The notes below the pieces were generated by a model that did no database searches, was not told where the DNA came from, and was given only the letters and a program-made list of their open reading frames with translations. DNA of 64,000 nucleotides from an uncultured Chthonomonadaceae bacterium (lineage in GTDB: Bacteria; Armatimonadota; Chthonomonadetes; Chthonomonadales; Chthonomonadaceae): assembly GCA_963835065.1 (NCBI GenBank), contig CAWIEK010000001.1, forward strand, positions 96,001 to 160,000, read 5' to 3'. Position 1 is the first letter of the stretch. Each line of letters opens with the position of its first letter. Positions 8,607 through 18,551 of the stretch are shown piece after piece. The position numbers and the translations under genes are program-made.

Positions 8607-11102
8607 TTATAGCGTACCGGCAAATTGGATTCGCGCCTGAGTCAACTTCTCTTCCGCTTCAGCAACGGCGTTGACGTATGTTTGTTCCTGTCGGCGCAAT
8701 GTCGAAGAAACACGCTCCTGCGCTTCCAAATCCGTGAGCAGATCAATCATAATTGCGTCAACATGCGCAGGCGTCAGTTCAATCAACCCTGTGGAACCGG
8801 TGTACAAACGCTCTATCTGTTTTGCTCCGAAACCACAGCGCAGATAATCGCACAGGTACTCAGGAACAATCCGGGACAGGTCTGCGCGAATAATCGTTAC
8901 ATGCCCGTCTGCTATAGCAGGTTTGTCGGAACGATACACGCAGCATTTGCCGAGCGTTCCATCTCCCGTTGACGCAAGCAAAACATCTCCTTGCTGAATC
9001 AGGTTCAGGTTTTCCTTGCGTTTTACACTATTCTCAACATACTCGTCGTACAGGCTTTTCTCAATGTAATCCCCTTCCACAAGCAACTGTCCCAACTTGG
9101 AGATGTTACTGCCTGCCTTTACCACGAGCGCGTAACCATCTATCTCATCCACGTACATGTCTGCCGGAGGGCTGCTTCCCCGGCTGGTTTTAATCAAATT
9201 GAGCGATTGAACGCCTGCGCCAGCCGTATGCAGCGAATTAATTTTGGCGCGAATGTCCGGCTCCCAATACTTGTAATCAAGACGATACGTGGTATCCGCG
9301 ACAATATTGCGACTTTCCACATCAAACGCCATCCAATGATAACCGGCGCGCGGGCTGGGCGCGGCATGGTTGAGAAAATCATTCTCTACTTCGCGCAGCA
9401 GCCGCTCAAAATCGAAGCCGCGAATAGTATCCCCGGAGCCAATATAGCCGAGGGATTGCAAATCGCAGAAAGTGACGGGGTAGCGTTCCGCAAAATCAAC
9501 ATCTTCCTGTTCAAGCCGCTGCATGTACAGTACGCTGGAACGCACGTTGATCTTGTTGGGCTTAAATGTATCTTCCGGCAGGCGCAAAACCGCTTTTATA
9601 CGGCAATTTTGCAGCAGCCATTTGCGCAGCTCCGTCGCGGTATCTGTATTCAAGACACCTTCATCAATAACCGTGCAAATCTCTCCTCCAGGCTTTGTGC
9701 TGCACACCATTTTTTGAAGGAACAGCAATTGCCCTTTTGCCGTCGGCACGGGGTAGCCTGTCAACTCTCCTTTTGCGGACGAGTCGGATTCCGAAGTGCC
9801 AAACGGCGGATTGGTCATAATCAAATCGCAGTCCGCCGCGTTCATATCCCAACTCCGCGCGCTTTTCACCAGGCTGTTTTCGGCGCGTATATTGGTGTGT
9901 CCATCGCCCAAAATAATCATGTTCATCTTGGCGGCACAAGCAACGCCATTGTTGGCATCCGCGCCATAAAAAACAAATTCAAACATGCTTTTACGGATTT
10001 TTTCGTGCGTGGCTTGATTGATGCGTTTTTTTTCAAGCTGTTCGCCGAGCAGAACTAAATTTGCCTGCATCATATAAACGAGAAAGCCGCCGGTTCCACA
10101 CGCCGGATCAAGAACTTTGATGTTTGTGCCGGTAAGCAGGGCATTCAGAATCTTTTCCCGCCCCACCAGATACGACATGACCGCAATCAAAGGGCGCGGC
10201 GTAAAGTATTGGCCCAGTTTTTTGCCCTTCAAGGTAGCCCGCACGTAATACTCGAACGCCGCGCCTTTGGAATCCAAATTGCTGTCATAGAAGGATACTT
10301 TAGAAAGTTCATGGACGATATAGGCGAACGTTTTTGGGTTTTTCAGGCGTACCGGGTCTTCCAAAACATCCCCGTAGGATGTTTTCTGCTTGATTTGTTC
10401 AATCATGCTTTGCACAGCGTCTTTCACCCGGTCGCTTTGGTTCTCCGGCGTTGCCGCCAGTTCAAAAAAACGGTAGGTGTAAGGGAGCATGAAATCAGAC
10501 AGGTCGTGTTTTTCCTCCAACAATTTTAGAAACAGCAGTTTGGAAAAATCCGCGAAAGCGTATTCCTCATCCTTTTCTATCTTGCGAATGGCGTTGTGGC
10601 AGCGCGCGAACAGCCCGTTCAGTTGCTTCAAAGGCAAGCCGGGACGGAACGGAAGGCTTTGGTCTTGTGACAGGGCAACATCCGCGGAGTTCGGGTTCGC
10701 TTTTAGCGCATTGATGACAATCGGCAGCTGCGCTTTTGTTGGTATGCGCTCCGATAGACTGCCATTCCATCGAATCGGCTGGCCGGTAGCCGTGTTGAAG
10801 CACTGCACGTCTGTACCATTTGTCACAACCACAAACAGCACATTCAATGATTTGGCGTAAGCAATCGCCTGATCACGGTTTTTTGCGCTGAGAATTTTCG
10901 AGGAACGCTTGGCTTCAATCAGAAACAATGAGTGCGGCTTGCCACAGGTGACCAGTATATCCACATAGCCTTTGGAGTAGTTATCCGTCTTCTTTACAGC
11001 CGTTTCAAAGTCCAGGTCTTTGACAATATCATAGCCGCGCCGGGACAGGTACGGAAGTATCTTCTTGATAACAGTTTCCTGCTCGGTCTGAATGTTGGAC
11101 AT
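8607..11102 (-). CDS. Single-chain restriction endonuclease / N6-adenine methyltransferase / specificity protein (type IIG-like)
   Basis: N-terminal HsdR_N-like PD-(D/E)xK (VDIL...IEAK). GQYFTP, DPACGTGGFL and NPPF motifs. C-terminal TRD-like region (GDVLLASTG...TLGK). Confidence 0.85.
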   Translation of the reverse strand: MSNIQTEQETVIKKILPYLSRRGYDIVKDLDFETAVKKTDNYSKGYVDILVTCGKPHSLFLIEAKRSSKILSAKNRDQAIAYAKSLNVLFVVVTNGTDVQCFNTATGQPIRWNGSLSERIPTKAQLPIVINALKANPNSADVALSQDQSLPFRPGLPLKQLNGLFARCHNAIRKIEKDEEYAFADFSKLLFLKLLEEKHDLSDFMLPYTYRFFELAATPENQSDRVKDAVQSMIEQIKQKTSYGDVLEDPVRLKNPKTFAYIVHELSKVSFYDSNLDSKGAAFEYYVRATLKGKKLGQYFTPRPLIAVMSYLVGREKILNALLTGTNIKVLDPACGTGGFLVYMMQANLVLLGEQLEKKRINQATHEKIRKSMFEFVFYGADANNGVACAAKMNMIILGDGHTNIRAENSLVKSARSWDMNAADCDLIMTNPPFGTSESDSSAKGELTGYPVPTAKGQLLFLQKMVCSTKPGGEICTVIDEGVLNTDTATELRKWLLQNCRIKAVLRLPEDTFKPNKINVRSSVLYMQRLEQEDVDFAERYPVTFCDLQSLGYIGSGDTIRGFDFERLLREVENDFLNHAAPSPRAGYHWMAFDVESRNIVADTTYRLDYKYWEPDIRAKINSLHTAGAGVQSLNLIKTSRGSSPPADMYVDEIDGYALVVKAGSNISKLGQLLVEGDYIEKSLYDEYVENSVKRKENLNLIQQGDVLLASTGDGTLGKCCVYRSDKPAIADGHVTIIRADLSRIVPEYLCDYLRCGFGAKQIERLYTGSTGLIELTPAHVDAIMIDLLTDLEAQERVSSTLRRQEQTYVNAVAEAEEKLTQARIQFAGTL

Positions 11103-11159
11103 CTGCTCCCTCGTAGAAATACAGGCGATACGGCAAAATGAAAACTTGAACTTGGCGGT

Positions 11160-12020
11160 TCATGCGGCGACGGCAAAGATGGGCTGCAGCCCCGTGCCAT
11201 ACGCGCGCAGTTCCGCGAGTTCTTCGGCTTCGAGTGGGCGGAAGTCCTGCGCCAGATCGAGGGCGAGCCGGAACAAGCGCGGGTCGCCGGGCGGAACGGC
11301 TGCCGTAACGGACTGCGACAGCGTGAAGCGCAGGGCAAGGCTGGCATGATGCGGGTCGGAAAGCGGCTCGTACCAGCAATGCGGGAACGAGCGGTGCGCG
11401 TCCTGCTTCCAGCTTGTGCGCGCCATTGCTTTCAGCGCTAAACGCGCCACGCCCTTTTCTTCAGCGCGGGCGATAATCTGCGGCCCGAAATTGCCCTCAT
11501 AATACGTGACGAAGTTGATGGGGAATAAGGCGGACGCGAAATCGAATTTGTCCATTGCCAGCAGAGCCGCTTCCACCGAGTGCGCGCTGAAGCCTAAATG
11601 CCGCACGAGTCCGGCTTGCTGCGCTTCCACAAACGCTTCCATCGCGCCACCCGGCCCAAAGCACGTCTCAACTTCTTCTGTTGTTGTGATGTGGTGCAGC
11701 TGGTACAAGTCGAAATGGTCGGTCTGCAAATGCTTCAGGGAGCGGTGGAGTTCTTCGACCGCGCCCGCTTTGTCGCGCGACTCGGTTTTGCAGGCCAGAA
11801 ACACGCTGTCGCGGTACGGTTTCAGCGCGGGGCCAAGCCGCTTTTCCGTTTCCTGATCCCGCCCGTAGCTCGGCGCGACATCGAAATAGGTGACACCTCG
11901 CTCAATGGCTTCCGCCACAATATGGTCGGCTGCGGCTTGCTCCATGTCCACCAACACCACGCCGCCCAACCCGATAATCGAGAGTCTATCCCCCGTCCGC
12001 CCCAACACCCGTTGTTCCAT
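11160..12020 (-). CDS. Aldo/keto reductase
   Basis: LGRTG, FDVAPSY, FLACKT, DLYQLH and LGFSAH motifs. Confidence 0.92.
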   Translation of the reverse strand: MEQRVLGRTGDRLSIIGLGGVVLVDMEQAAADHIVAEAIERGVTYFDVAPSYGRDQETEKRLGPALKPYRDSVFLACKTESRDKAGAVEELHRSLKHLQTDHFDLYQLHHITTTEEVETCFGPGGAMEAFVEAQQAGLVRHLGFSAHSVEAALLAMDKFDFASALFPINFVTYYEGNFGPQIIARAEEKGVARLALKAMARTSWKQDAHRSFPHCWYEPLSDPHHASLALRFTLSQSVTAAVPPGDPRLFRLALDLAQDFRPLEAEELAELRAYGTGLQPIFAVAA

Positions 12021-12038
12021 AATCGTTTCCTGCCCCTT

Positions 12039-12133
12039 AGAGCCTATCCCACCAGGCGCGGCATTTGCGTCCGCAGGACGCTTGTACTTTCCTGCCGGGT
12101 ACTTTCAGTACCCGGCCTATGGGGATAGGCTCT
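12039..12133 (+). mobile_element. ~95-bp MITE-like element, copy 1
   Basis: 12-bp perfect TIR AGAGCCTATCCC / GGGATAGGCTCT with TT/TA flanks. Internal hairpins are shared with other copies. Confidence 0.75.
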
Positions 12134-12251
12134 TAATTTTGAAATTAGCCGCAACTCTGCGCAAATACACGCAAATGGCGCTTGCGTAAAATATCATACC
12201 TCAAATGCTTCCGCGTCGCTACAACGCGCAAAGTTAAGGGCAAGCGGCCCC

Positions 12252-13061
12252 CTACAACAAGTGCATCATCTTGTGGGTTTGGGGAATGACGCGCACTTCC
12301 GACAGGCGGCGAGCTGCGCGGGCATGAAGTTCAATCATTCGGGCGGGGGAAACCGGCTGCCTTTCCGTTCCGGTTGGCGTGACCGGCTGCAAAATCAGAG
12401 GGATGGTTCGGTCAACGTCCGCAAGGGCGCTTGTTACCGCATCGAGTTCCGCATCCGTAGTGCGTGGCGTGATGACGAGTTTGCCGTATACGTTCGCCTC
12501 CCGCGCGATTTGCAAAAAGGCGCGGTGCTTTTCCCAGGTTTTCGCCTCACTGACGCCTGTAGCGCTCGGCGCTTTGAAGTCCATAGATACATAATCCAGC
12601 AGATGTATAATGCGCTTCAAATGGTCAGGCAGCAAGCCATTGGTTTCCACAAACGTTTTTAATCCCAATGCGCGCGCTTCGGGCAGCCATTGCTCCCAAA
12701 AGCGGGCATGAAGCAGGGGTTCCCCTCCCGTAATGGAAAGGGAATGGTGCGGTTCGCCTAGATAATCGCGGACGATTTCGGTCAGCGTCGTGACTGTGAC
12801 AGGATTGGCGACCGGGCGAAATTTCCACGAGCCGGGCGTTTCCTCTACGCGGCAGGCAAGCGGAATGGGCGACTCTTTGAGCGTTTCGGGGCTGTCGCAA
12901 TACGTGCAGCGCAGGTTGCAGCCATACGTCCGTACAAAAATTTGCCGATGCCCCACCAAAATGCCCTCGCCCTGTATGGACGAAAACACTTCCACGAGCC
13001 GAACCGATGGGGGTTTTCCAATTTGCGGAACCAAAACAGGTTCCAATACGCTTTGTGCCAT
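12252..13061 (-). CDS. queE: 7-carboxy-7-deazaguanine synthase (radical SAM)
   Basis: EVFSSIQGEG, FVRTYGCNLRCTYCD, ITGGEP, VETNG and VIPQTHK motifs. Confidence 0.9.
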   Translation of the reverse strand: MAQSVLEPVLVPQIGKPPSVRLVEVFSSIQGEGILVGHRQIFVRTYGCNLRCTYCDSPETLKESPIPLACRVEETPGSWKFRPVANPVTVTTLTEIVRDYLGEPHHSLSITGGEPLLHARFWEQWLPEARALGLKTFVETNGLLPDHLKRIIHLLDYVSMDFKAPSATGVSEAKTWEKHRAFLQIAREANVYGKLVITPRTTDAELDAVTSALADVDRTIPLILQPVTPTGTERQPVSPARMIELHARAARRLSEVRVIPQTHKMMHLL

Positions 13062-13066
13062 ACTTT

Positions 13067-13075
13067 ATTATACCA
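13067..13075 (-). promoter_or_regulatory. Extended -10 promoter directly before the queE ATG (probably leaderless)
   Basis: Minus strand reads TGGTATAAT-AAAGT-ATG with no SD. Confidence 0.5.
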
Positions 13076-13254
13076 ATTTCCGCCGCAAGCCGTCGGAGCG
13101 GACCCGCTGCTTCCAAGCCCTCCATTGTTTTCAAAAGGAATCGCATTTGCGGCGCGTTGCCGGGACTGGTACAATGGTGTATCAATCCAACGCAGCCGCT
13201 TTTTGTTTGAGAACCATTTTTTGAAAACCATTTTGAGGAAGACGAGCCTTTATT

Positions 13255-15337
13255 ATGACCGCCGTAAAGCATACGAACCGCTTGGCGCAGGAAACCAGCC
13301 CGTACCTGCTCCAGCATGCCCATAATCCCGTAGACTGGCACGCCTGGGGCGAAGAAGCCCTTGAACTTGCCCGTACCCAAAACAAGCCGATTTTGCTTTC
13401 CGTCGGCTATTCCGCGTGTCACTGGTGTCACGTCATGGAGCGCGAAAGTTTCGAGAACGAGGCCATTGCCGCCATTATGAACCGCGAATTTGTCTGCATC
13501 AAGGTAGACCGCGAGGAGCGCCCCGATGTGGACGCCATTTATATGAGCGCGGTGCAGTTGATGACCGGGCAGGGCGGCTGGCCCATGACCGTGTTTATGA
13601 CGCCGGACGGCAAGCCGTTTTTCGGCGGCACGTATTTCCCGCCCCAGGATATGTACGGGCGTCCCGGCTTTCCCCGTATTCTGGAAGCCGTCGCAACCGC
13701 CTGGCAGACGGAAAGGTCGGGCATTGAATCGCAATCCGATACCATTCTGGCGCACATGGATCAGGGCAACGACCTGACGCGCGATTTGCCCGACAGCCTG
13801 CTGACGCCCAAGATTCTGGAAAACGCCTACAACACGCTGTCCTCTTCCTTTGACCGGCAGCACGGCGGCTTTGGCAGCGCGCCCAAGTTCCCGCAGCCCG
13901 CCAATCTGGATTTTCTGCTCCGCTTCCACGCGCGGGGCAAGCGTCAGGAACCCTTGCAGATGGTGGAAAAGACGCTGCAAAAAATGGCGTTAGGCGGCAT
14001 GTACGATCAGTTGGGCGGCGGCTTTCACCGCTACAGCACGGATCAAACTTGGCTCGTGCCCCACTTTGAAAAAATGCTCTACGACAACGCGCAGCTTGCG
14101 CAAACCTACGCCCACGCCTTTCAAATCACGGGCAAAGCGTTTTACAAGGGTGTGGCGGAAGAGACATTGGAATACGTTCTGCGCGAAATGACCGGCGCGG
14201 AGGGCGGCTTTTACTCGGCGCAGGACGCGGACAGCGAGGGCGAGGAAGGCAAGTTCTTCGTGTGGACGCCCGCAGAAGTCGTTACCGTGCTGGGCGAGCA
14301 GGACGCCAAAATCTTCAACGCGTTTTACGACGTGAGCAAGGGCGGCAACTGGGAAGGCAACAGCATCCTGCACGTTGTCATGGACGCGAAAGATGTGGCG
14401 CAGCAGTTCGGCTTGAGCGTGGAGCAGGCGGCGCAAATTCTGGACAAAGCCCGCATTAAAATGCTGCAAGCCCGCGAACAGCGCGTCAAACCCGGCCTTG
14501 ACGACAAAGTTCTGACCGCGTGGAACGGCCTGATGCTGGCTGCCTTCGCGGAATGTGGCGCAATTTTCAACCGTCAGGACTTCATCAACGCGGCTATTAA
14601 AAACGCGGACTTCATTTTAAGTCAGTTGGTACAGGCTGACGATAAAACGCGATTATTGCGCGCGTATCGCAACGGGCAGGCGAAACTAAACGGCTATCTG
14701 GAAGATTACGCTTTTTATGCCGACGGCCTGCTGCATCTGTATCAGGCAACATTTGAAGCAGAAATGGCTGATGGAAGCGCGCAGCCTTGCGGATAACATG
14801 CTCGAACACTTCTGGGACGAGGAACACAGCGGCTTTTTCACGACGAGCAATGACCACGAACAACTGGTGCAGCGGCTGAAAGATTTGGACGACAACGCCA
14901 CGCCAAGCGGCAATTCCGTTGGCGTGGAAGTTCTGCTCAAACTATGGGCGTTTACGGGCAATGAGCGGTATCAGCAGTGCGCGGCCCGCATCCTGCGCAA
15001 ACTCGGTCCGGTTCTGGAAAAGCATCCCTACGGCTTCGCCCGCTTGCTCGGCGCGCTCGACCTGTACCTGTCCGGCCCGCAGGAAATCGGACTGCGCGGC
15101 GAACCGTCCGACCCGGCCACGCAAGCCATGCTGCGCGCCGCCTTCACGCCCTTCCTGCCCAACAAAGTGATCGGCCTGACGCATCCCGGATTCGGGAATA
15201 CAGGGCACGGCATCGCGTTCCTCAACGACCGCCCCGCCGTAAACGGCCAGCCCACCGCCTACGTATGTCAAAACTTCGCCTGCAAAGCGCCCGTCACCAC
15301 CGCCGAAGCCCTTGCGCGACAGTTACAGGAGATATAA
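13255..15337 (+). CDS. Thioredoxin-domain DUF255 (YyaL/SPATA20-like) protein, apparent frameshift near 14760
   Basis: [22 protein letters not shown] and [11 protein letters not shown] motifs. C-terminus ([18 protein letters not shown]) lies in ORF 14717-15337. Confidence 0.9.
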
Positions 15338-15608
15338 TTACGATTGAGCAAATGTCTGTGCAAGACCTGACTGAACACGCCCGCGACTTCCGGGAACTGT
15401 TTGCTCCAGGCCGGAAAATGCTTTTGTTGCGTAATGCGGGAAGGGGACTGACCCAGGACTTCATAATCATGCTTACGCTCGTTCAAAAGTCTGTTGTAAA
15501 GGTGACGGCACGTATCCAGAGTACGCCGTAAAAGTGTCTCCTGCGCGGGTGTGGGCAGTATTCGGTATTTGGTATTGTGTGTTGGGTATTGAACGTTGGT
15601 GGTTGCGA

Positions 15609-15926
15609 TCAGGTGTCAGGGGATTGGCCCGGTGTTTGAAGGGGAGAAGGAACGGCAGGCGCTTGGGATGATTGACGGCGGCGATGCAGCAGATACAGCG
15701 CGAAGTCGCTTAACCCGGCGAACCGAAAACCGGGGTCTACATAGTGTTCAATGACATAAAACGCGAAGTAATAGAAGCGGGCAAACGCCCATATAGCAAC
15801 GGCAAGCACAAACGCGACGTGCAGGGTCGGGTATTCCAGCAGCAGAATACCCGACGCAAACACGCCCGTAAACAGGAACAGCAAGCCTTTGAAGATAATC
15901 AGTTTCGGGCTTTTAATATCACCCAT
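15609..15926 (-). CDS. Small membrane protein of unknown function
   Basis: Hydrophobic helices, RFYYFAFYVIEHYVDP segment, upstream GAAGG SD. Confidence 0.7.
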   Translation of the reverse strand: MGDIKSPKLIIFKGLLFLFTGVFASGILLLEYPTLHVAFVLAVAIWAFARFYYFAFYVIEHYVDPGFRFAGLSDFALYLLHRRRQSSQAPAVPSPLQTPGQSPDT

Positions 15927-15939
15927 TGCGCATACCTTC

Positions 15940-16030
15940 CAGTTAGGGTTTTAGGGTTCTATGGTTTCAGGTATCGGGCTTCTGTCTTCTGTCTTCTTCC
16001 CTAATATCTAATATCTAATATCTAATGCCT
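15940..16030. repeat. Mixed short tandem repeats (TTAGGG-like, TCTTCTG, CTAATAT)
   Basis: Visible tandem units between two genes. Confidence 0.7.
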
Positions 16031-16032
16031 TC

Positions 16033-16773
16033 CTACCCCGTTTTGGAAGCAAAAACCGTTCCACGCGCCAGCGGCAGCAGGCTGCCTTTTACGGACAGCG
16101 CAATGGACTTGAACAGGCTGGCCGCTTCCGCCGAAATCGCCGTTTTGGAGAATAAAATCACGACAAATAACTCCTGCGAGGGTAGCAGACCGCCGAAACC
16201 GATGACCGAGCGGATGCCATACGGCGCGACAAAATCCTGCTGCGCGGGAATGTAGGGACTGCCCCCGGCTTCCGGCACGTAAAAAACGTTGTAACTGCGT
16301 TTATTGGCGTCTTCCATCAGCAGGCCCTGTCCGGGCGCGATCACGTCCCGGATTTGCAGGCCCATTTGCTGAATCAGACTTGCAATCATCGGTGACTGCC
16401 TCACCATTTGCTCACTCAGCAGGGGAATCGCCTGATGGCGCAGGGAGCGCGCCCGGTCATTCCACTCCGGCCTGTCGCCCACCGTCGCCAGCAGCGTCAG
16501 GCATTTGGTTTCCGGCTGTATCGGTACGCCGCCTGCCGCATTTCGGGCAAAGCCGCGCAATAAAATCGGCAGTTGGCCGAAGTCGTGCGTTTTGTAAAAG
16601 CGCGCGAGGGCGCAGGATTTCTCGCCTGTTTGCGGTTCGCCCAAATTGTCGTACAGGTACGCGGCGATGGCCTGCGCGAGTTCTTCCATGCTGCGCGCGC
16701 CTGCCCCGATTTTACTCAGGGCGGCGCTGCATTCCAGCACTTCGGCAATAGAAAACCGCGCAAGATCAAGCAT
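16033..16773 (-). CDS. Conserved hypothetical protein, possible stand-alone GAF-like sensor domain
   Basis: Protein-like ORF (CALARFYKTH, HQAIPL, FYVPEAxGSPYIPAQ, VIGFGG). Fold assignment is inferred. Confidence 0.65.
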   Translation of the reverse strand: MLDLARFSIAEVLECSAALSKIGAGARSMEELAQAIAAYLYDNLGEPQTGEKSCALARFYKTHDFGQLPILLRGFARNAAGGVPIQPETKCLTLLATVGDRPEWNDRARSLRHQAIPLLSEQMVRQSPMIASLIQQMGLQIRDVIAPGQGLLMEDANKRSYNVFYVPEAGGSPYIPAQQDFVAPYGIRSVIGFGGLLPSQELFVVILFSKTAISAEAASLFKSIALSVKGSLLPLARGTVFASKTG

Positions 16774-16811
16774 GAAGCGTTATCCTCTAAGATTAGTACC
16801 GTTTAATTAAA

Positions 16812-16851
16812 AAGTTTGCAGGGGCGCAATTTATTGTGTCCCTGCAAACTT
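16812..16851 (-). terminator. Hairpin terminator (REP-like core)
   Basis: AAGTTTGCAGGG...CCCTGCAAACTT, followed by a T-run on the minus strand. Confidence 0.7.
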
Positions 16852-16871
16852 ATAATGGCAGCCTCAGTTGA

Positions 16872-17804
16872 CTACCTTGTAATCGTACCCGTTACCGTTG
16901 TCACCGCGCCATCGGCGAATCGAATGTCGGCGCGGTAATAACGCGCGGCATAGACATTGGGATTAGCCGCAAATGTTACCGGCTGACCATTGGACGCGCT
17001 GTTGGCAACGAGGGGCAAGTGATACTGGTTGAGCAGCGTGACGCTCATACTGTCAATCATAGCGGGATCGCCGCGCCAGCCGATGCGCAGGTTGAAGTTG
17101 GCATCCCGCTGCGCGCCGATCATCTGCTTTAGGGACACGGGCGACAGGGCTTCCGTTCCCGACGGCAGGGCGGCTTTTGCCGCATCGTTCCCGGCCTGAG
17201 TCCCGGAAGCGGCGACGGCATTACGCCCACTGTTTACGGGCAGGCGGGTAATACCGCCGGTTCGACCGGAAAGGGGCGTGATGCTGCCGCCATTGGTCAG
17301 CGCGGGATCGGAAGGCTGGCCGTTCGGCCCAACAAACGTCGCGCCTGCGGGATTGACCGCCGCAAAGCCACCGGAAAGCGGGCTGTCAACAACGCTGATG
17401 TTGCTCCCGGCATAAAGGGTTCCGTTCCCGATACTGCCGTTCCCGTTAAAGCCGGAGCCGTTGTAGCCAAAGCCATTAGTCGCATAGCCGTAGGGATAAC
17501 TCCCGAAGAGGCCGGCAATGCCGTAGCCGAAATACGCGGCGGTGGCTGCCGGGCTTGTCAGCCCGCCCACGCCGTAAAAGCTGTAGCCGTAACTGCTGTT
17601 TACGCCTCCGACGGGATACGCGGCCATGCCGTTCGCGCCGCCAAAAACGCCATAGTTCTGCCCAAAGCCATTACTCCTGCCATTGTTTCCATTGTTCGGC
17701 AGGAAAATCCCCTGCGCCTGTATGCCGGAAGCAGTCAACAAGAACGCTCCGACTCCCAATACTGCGCGAACCGCTTGCTTGTTATAGATAGTTCTGTTAT
17801 TCAT
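16872..17804 (-). CDS. Secreted Gly/Asn/Tyr-rich low-complexity protein
   Basis: Signal peptide (IQA/Q), a G/N/Y/F-rich N-terminal half and a beta-rich C-terminal domain. GAGG SD. Confidence 0.7.
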   Translation of the reverse strand: MNNRTIYNKQAVRAVLGVGAFLLTASGIQAQGIFLPNNGNNGRSNGFGQNYGVFGGANGMAAYPVGGVNSSYGYSFYGVGGLTSPAATAAYFGYGIAGLFGSYPYGYATNGFGYNGSGFNGNGSIGNGTLYAGSNISVVDSPLSGGFAAVNPAGATFVGPNGQPSDPALTNGGSITPLSGRTGGITRLPVNSGRNAVAASGTQAGNDAAKAALPSGTEALSPVSLKQMIGAQRDANFNLRIGWRGDPAMIDSMSVTLLNQYHLPLVANSASNGQPVTFAANPNVYAARYYRADIRFADGAVTTVTGTITR

Positions 17805-18068
17805 TTGTAAACCTCGCTGTGTACTTCCTGTCGTCTTGGACCATGTTGAATCAGAGTTCAGACACTTAATTAGACTCTTCTCGCTGCCGGCATTGTTCCC
17901 AAAACATGCCTTCCTAACAGAAGCGCATAAATATCTACTGCGTATTCCCTAAACAGGCTGTCACGATGGCGGAAGGAGCGCGTACATCAAATAGAAGCGG
18001 GGCAGACGTAAGTTTTCGCAAAAAAGTTCAGGTTCGTTCCAAAAACTTGAAAATTTCTTACGGAGGTA

Positions 18069-18098
18069 TTGACGCCGCTATTGTCATTATGCTATTCT
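18069..18098 (+). promoter_or_regulatory. Sigma70-type promoter of the SLH gene (long 5' leader)
   Basis: TTGACG-18nt-TATTCT with TG extension, ~450 nt before the ATG. Confidence 0.55.
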
Positions 18099-18195
18099 TT
18101 CTGTCGGTGATGCGCTGATAAACCCGTCTCCTGAGCGCCGAAAGCGGAAATTGTCAAAAATTTCCTGAAAATCGGCATAAAAAGGCTTTAGATGG

Positions 18196-18221
18196 GGAAC
18201 AAAAAAACGGACTGAAACGTT
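18196..18221 (+). promoter_or_regulatory. ECF-type promoter candidate
   Basis: GGAAC-N17-CGTT. Confidence 0.45.
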
Positions 18222-18551
18222 TTTAGTTCGGTAGTCATTCACAGAACCCCGAATTGCCCACGTGACCCACGCAGAAGACCGCGCGGTAAACGCCATGACG
18301 CTGTTATTCCGCATCGAAGCGGGCCGCGAGAAGCAGGATACAAGGAAACTCTTCTCCAAACCCAAACTCCGATTCCATGAATGAGAGCCATTGGCAGACC
18401 CGTTGCGTTCCCACCGCGCAGGAAGCGTCTTTCCAAACTTGGAGCGATGCGCAAGGGGCATTGCGCGCTCCCTCTCTTACGACATCCCGGCTTCCCCTTG
18501 CTTCTCAAGGACGGTACTGCCGCTATGTCACTTCATGGAGGATAGACCATC

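Noticed and set aside
8607..13061. queE near an R-M gene as a 7-deazaguanine (Dpd) DNA modification system
   Set aside because: No dpdA/tgt-like, queC, queD or folE genes in the window. queE looks like an ordinary stand-alone gene.
15340..15531. Possible gene fragment after the DUF255 gene
   Set aside because: Short ORFs on both strands with no identifiable family.
18100..18551. Riboswitch in the long SLH-gene leader
   Set aside because: No known riboswitch consensus recognised by eye. Long leaders are common for abundant surface-protein mRNAs, and an Rfam scan would be needed.
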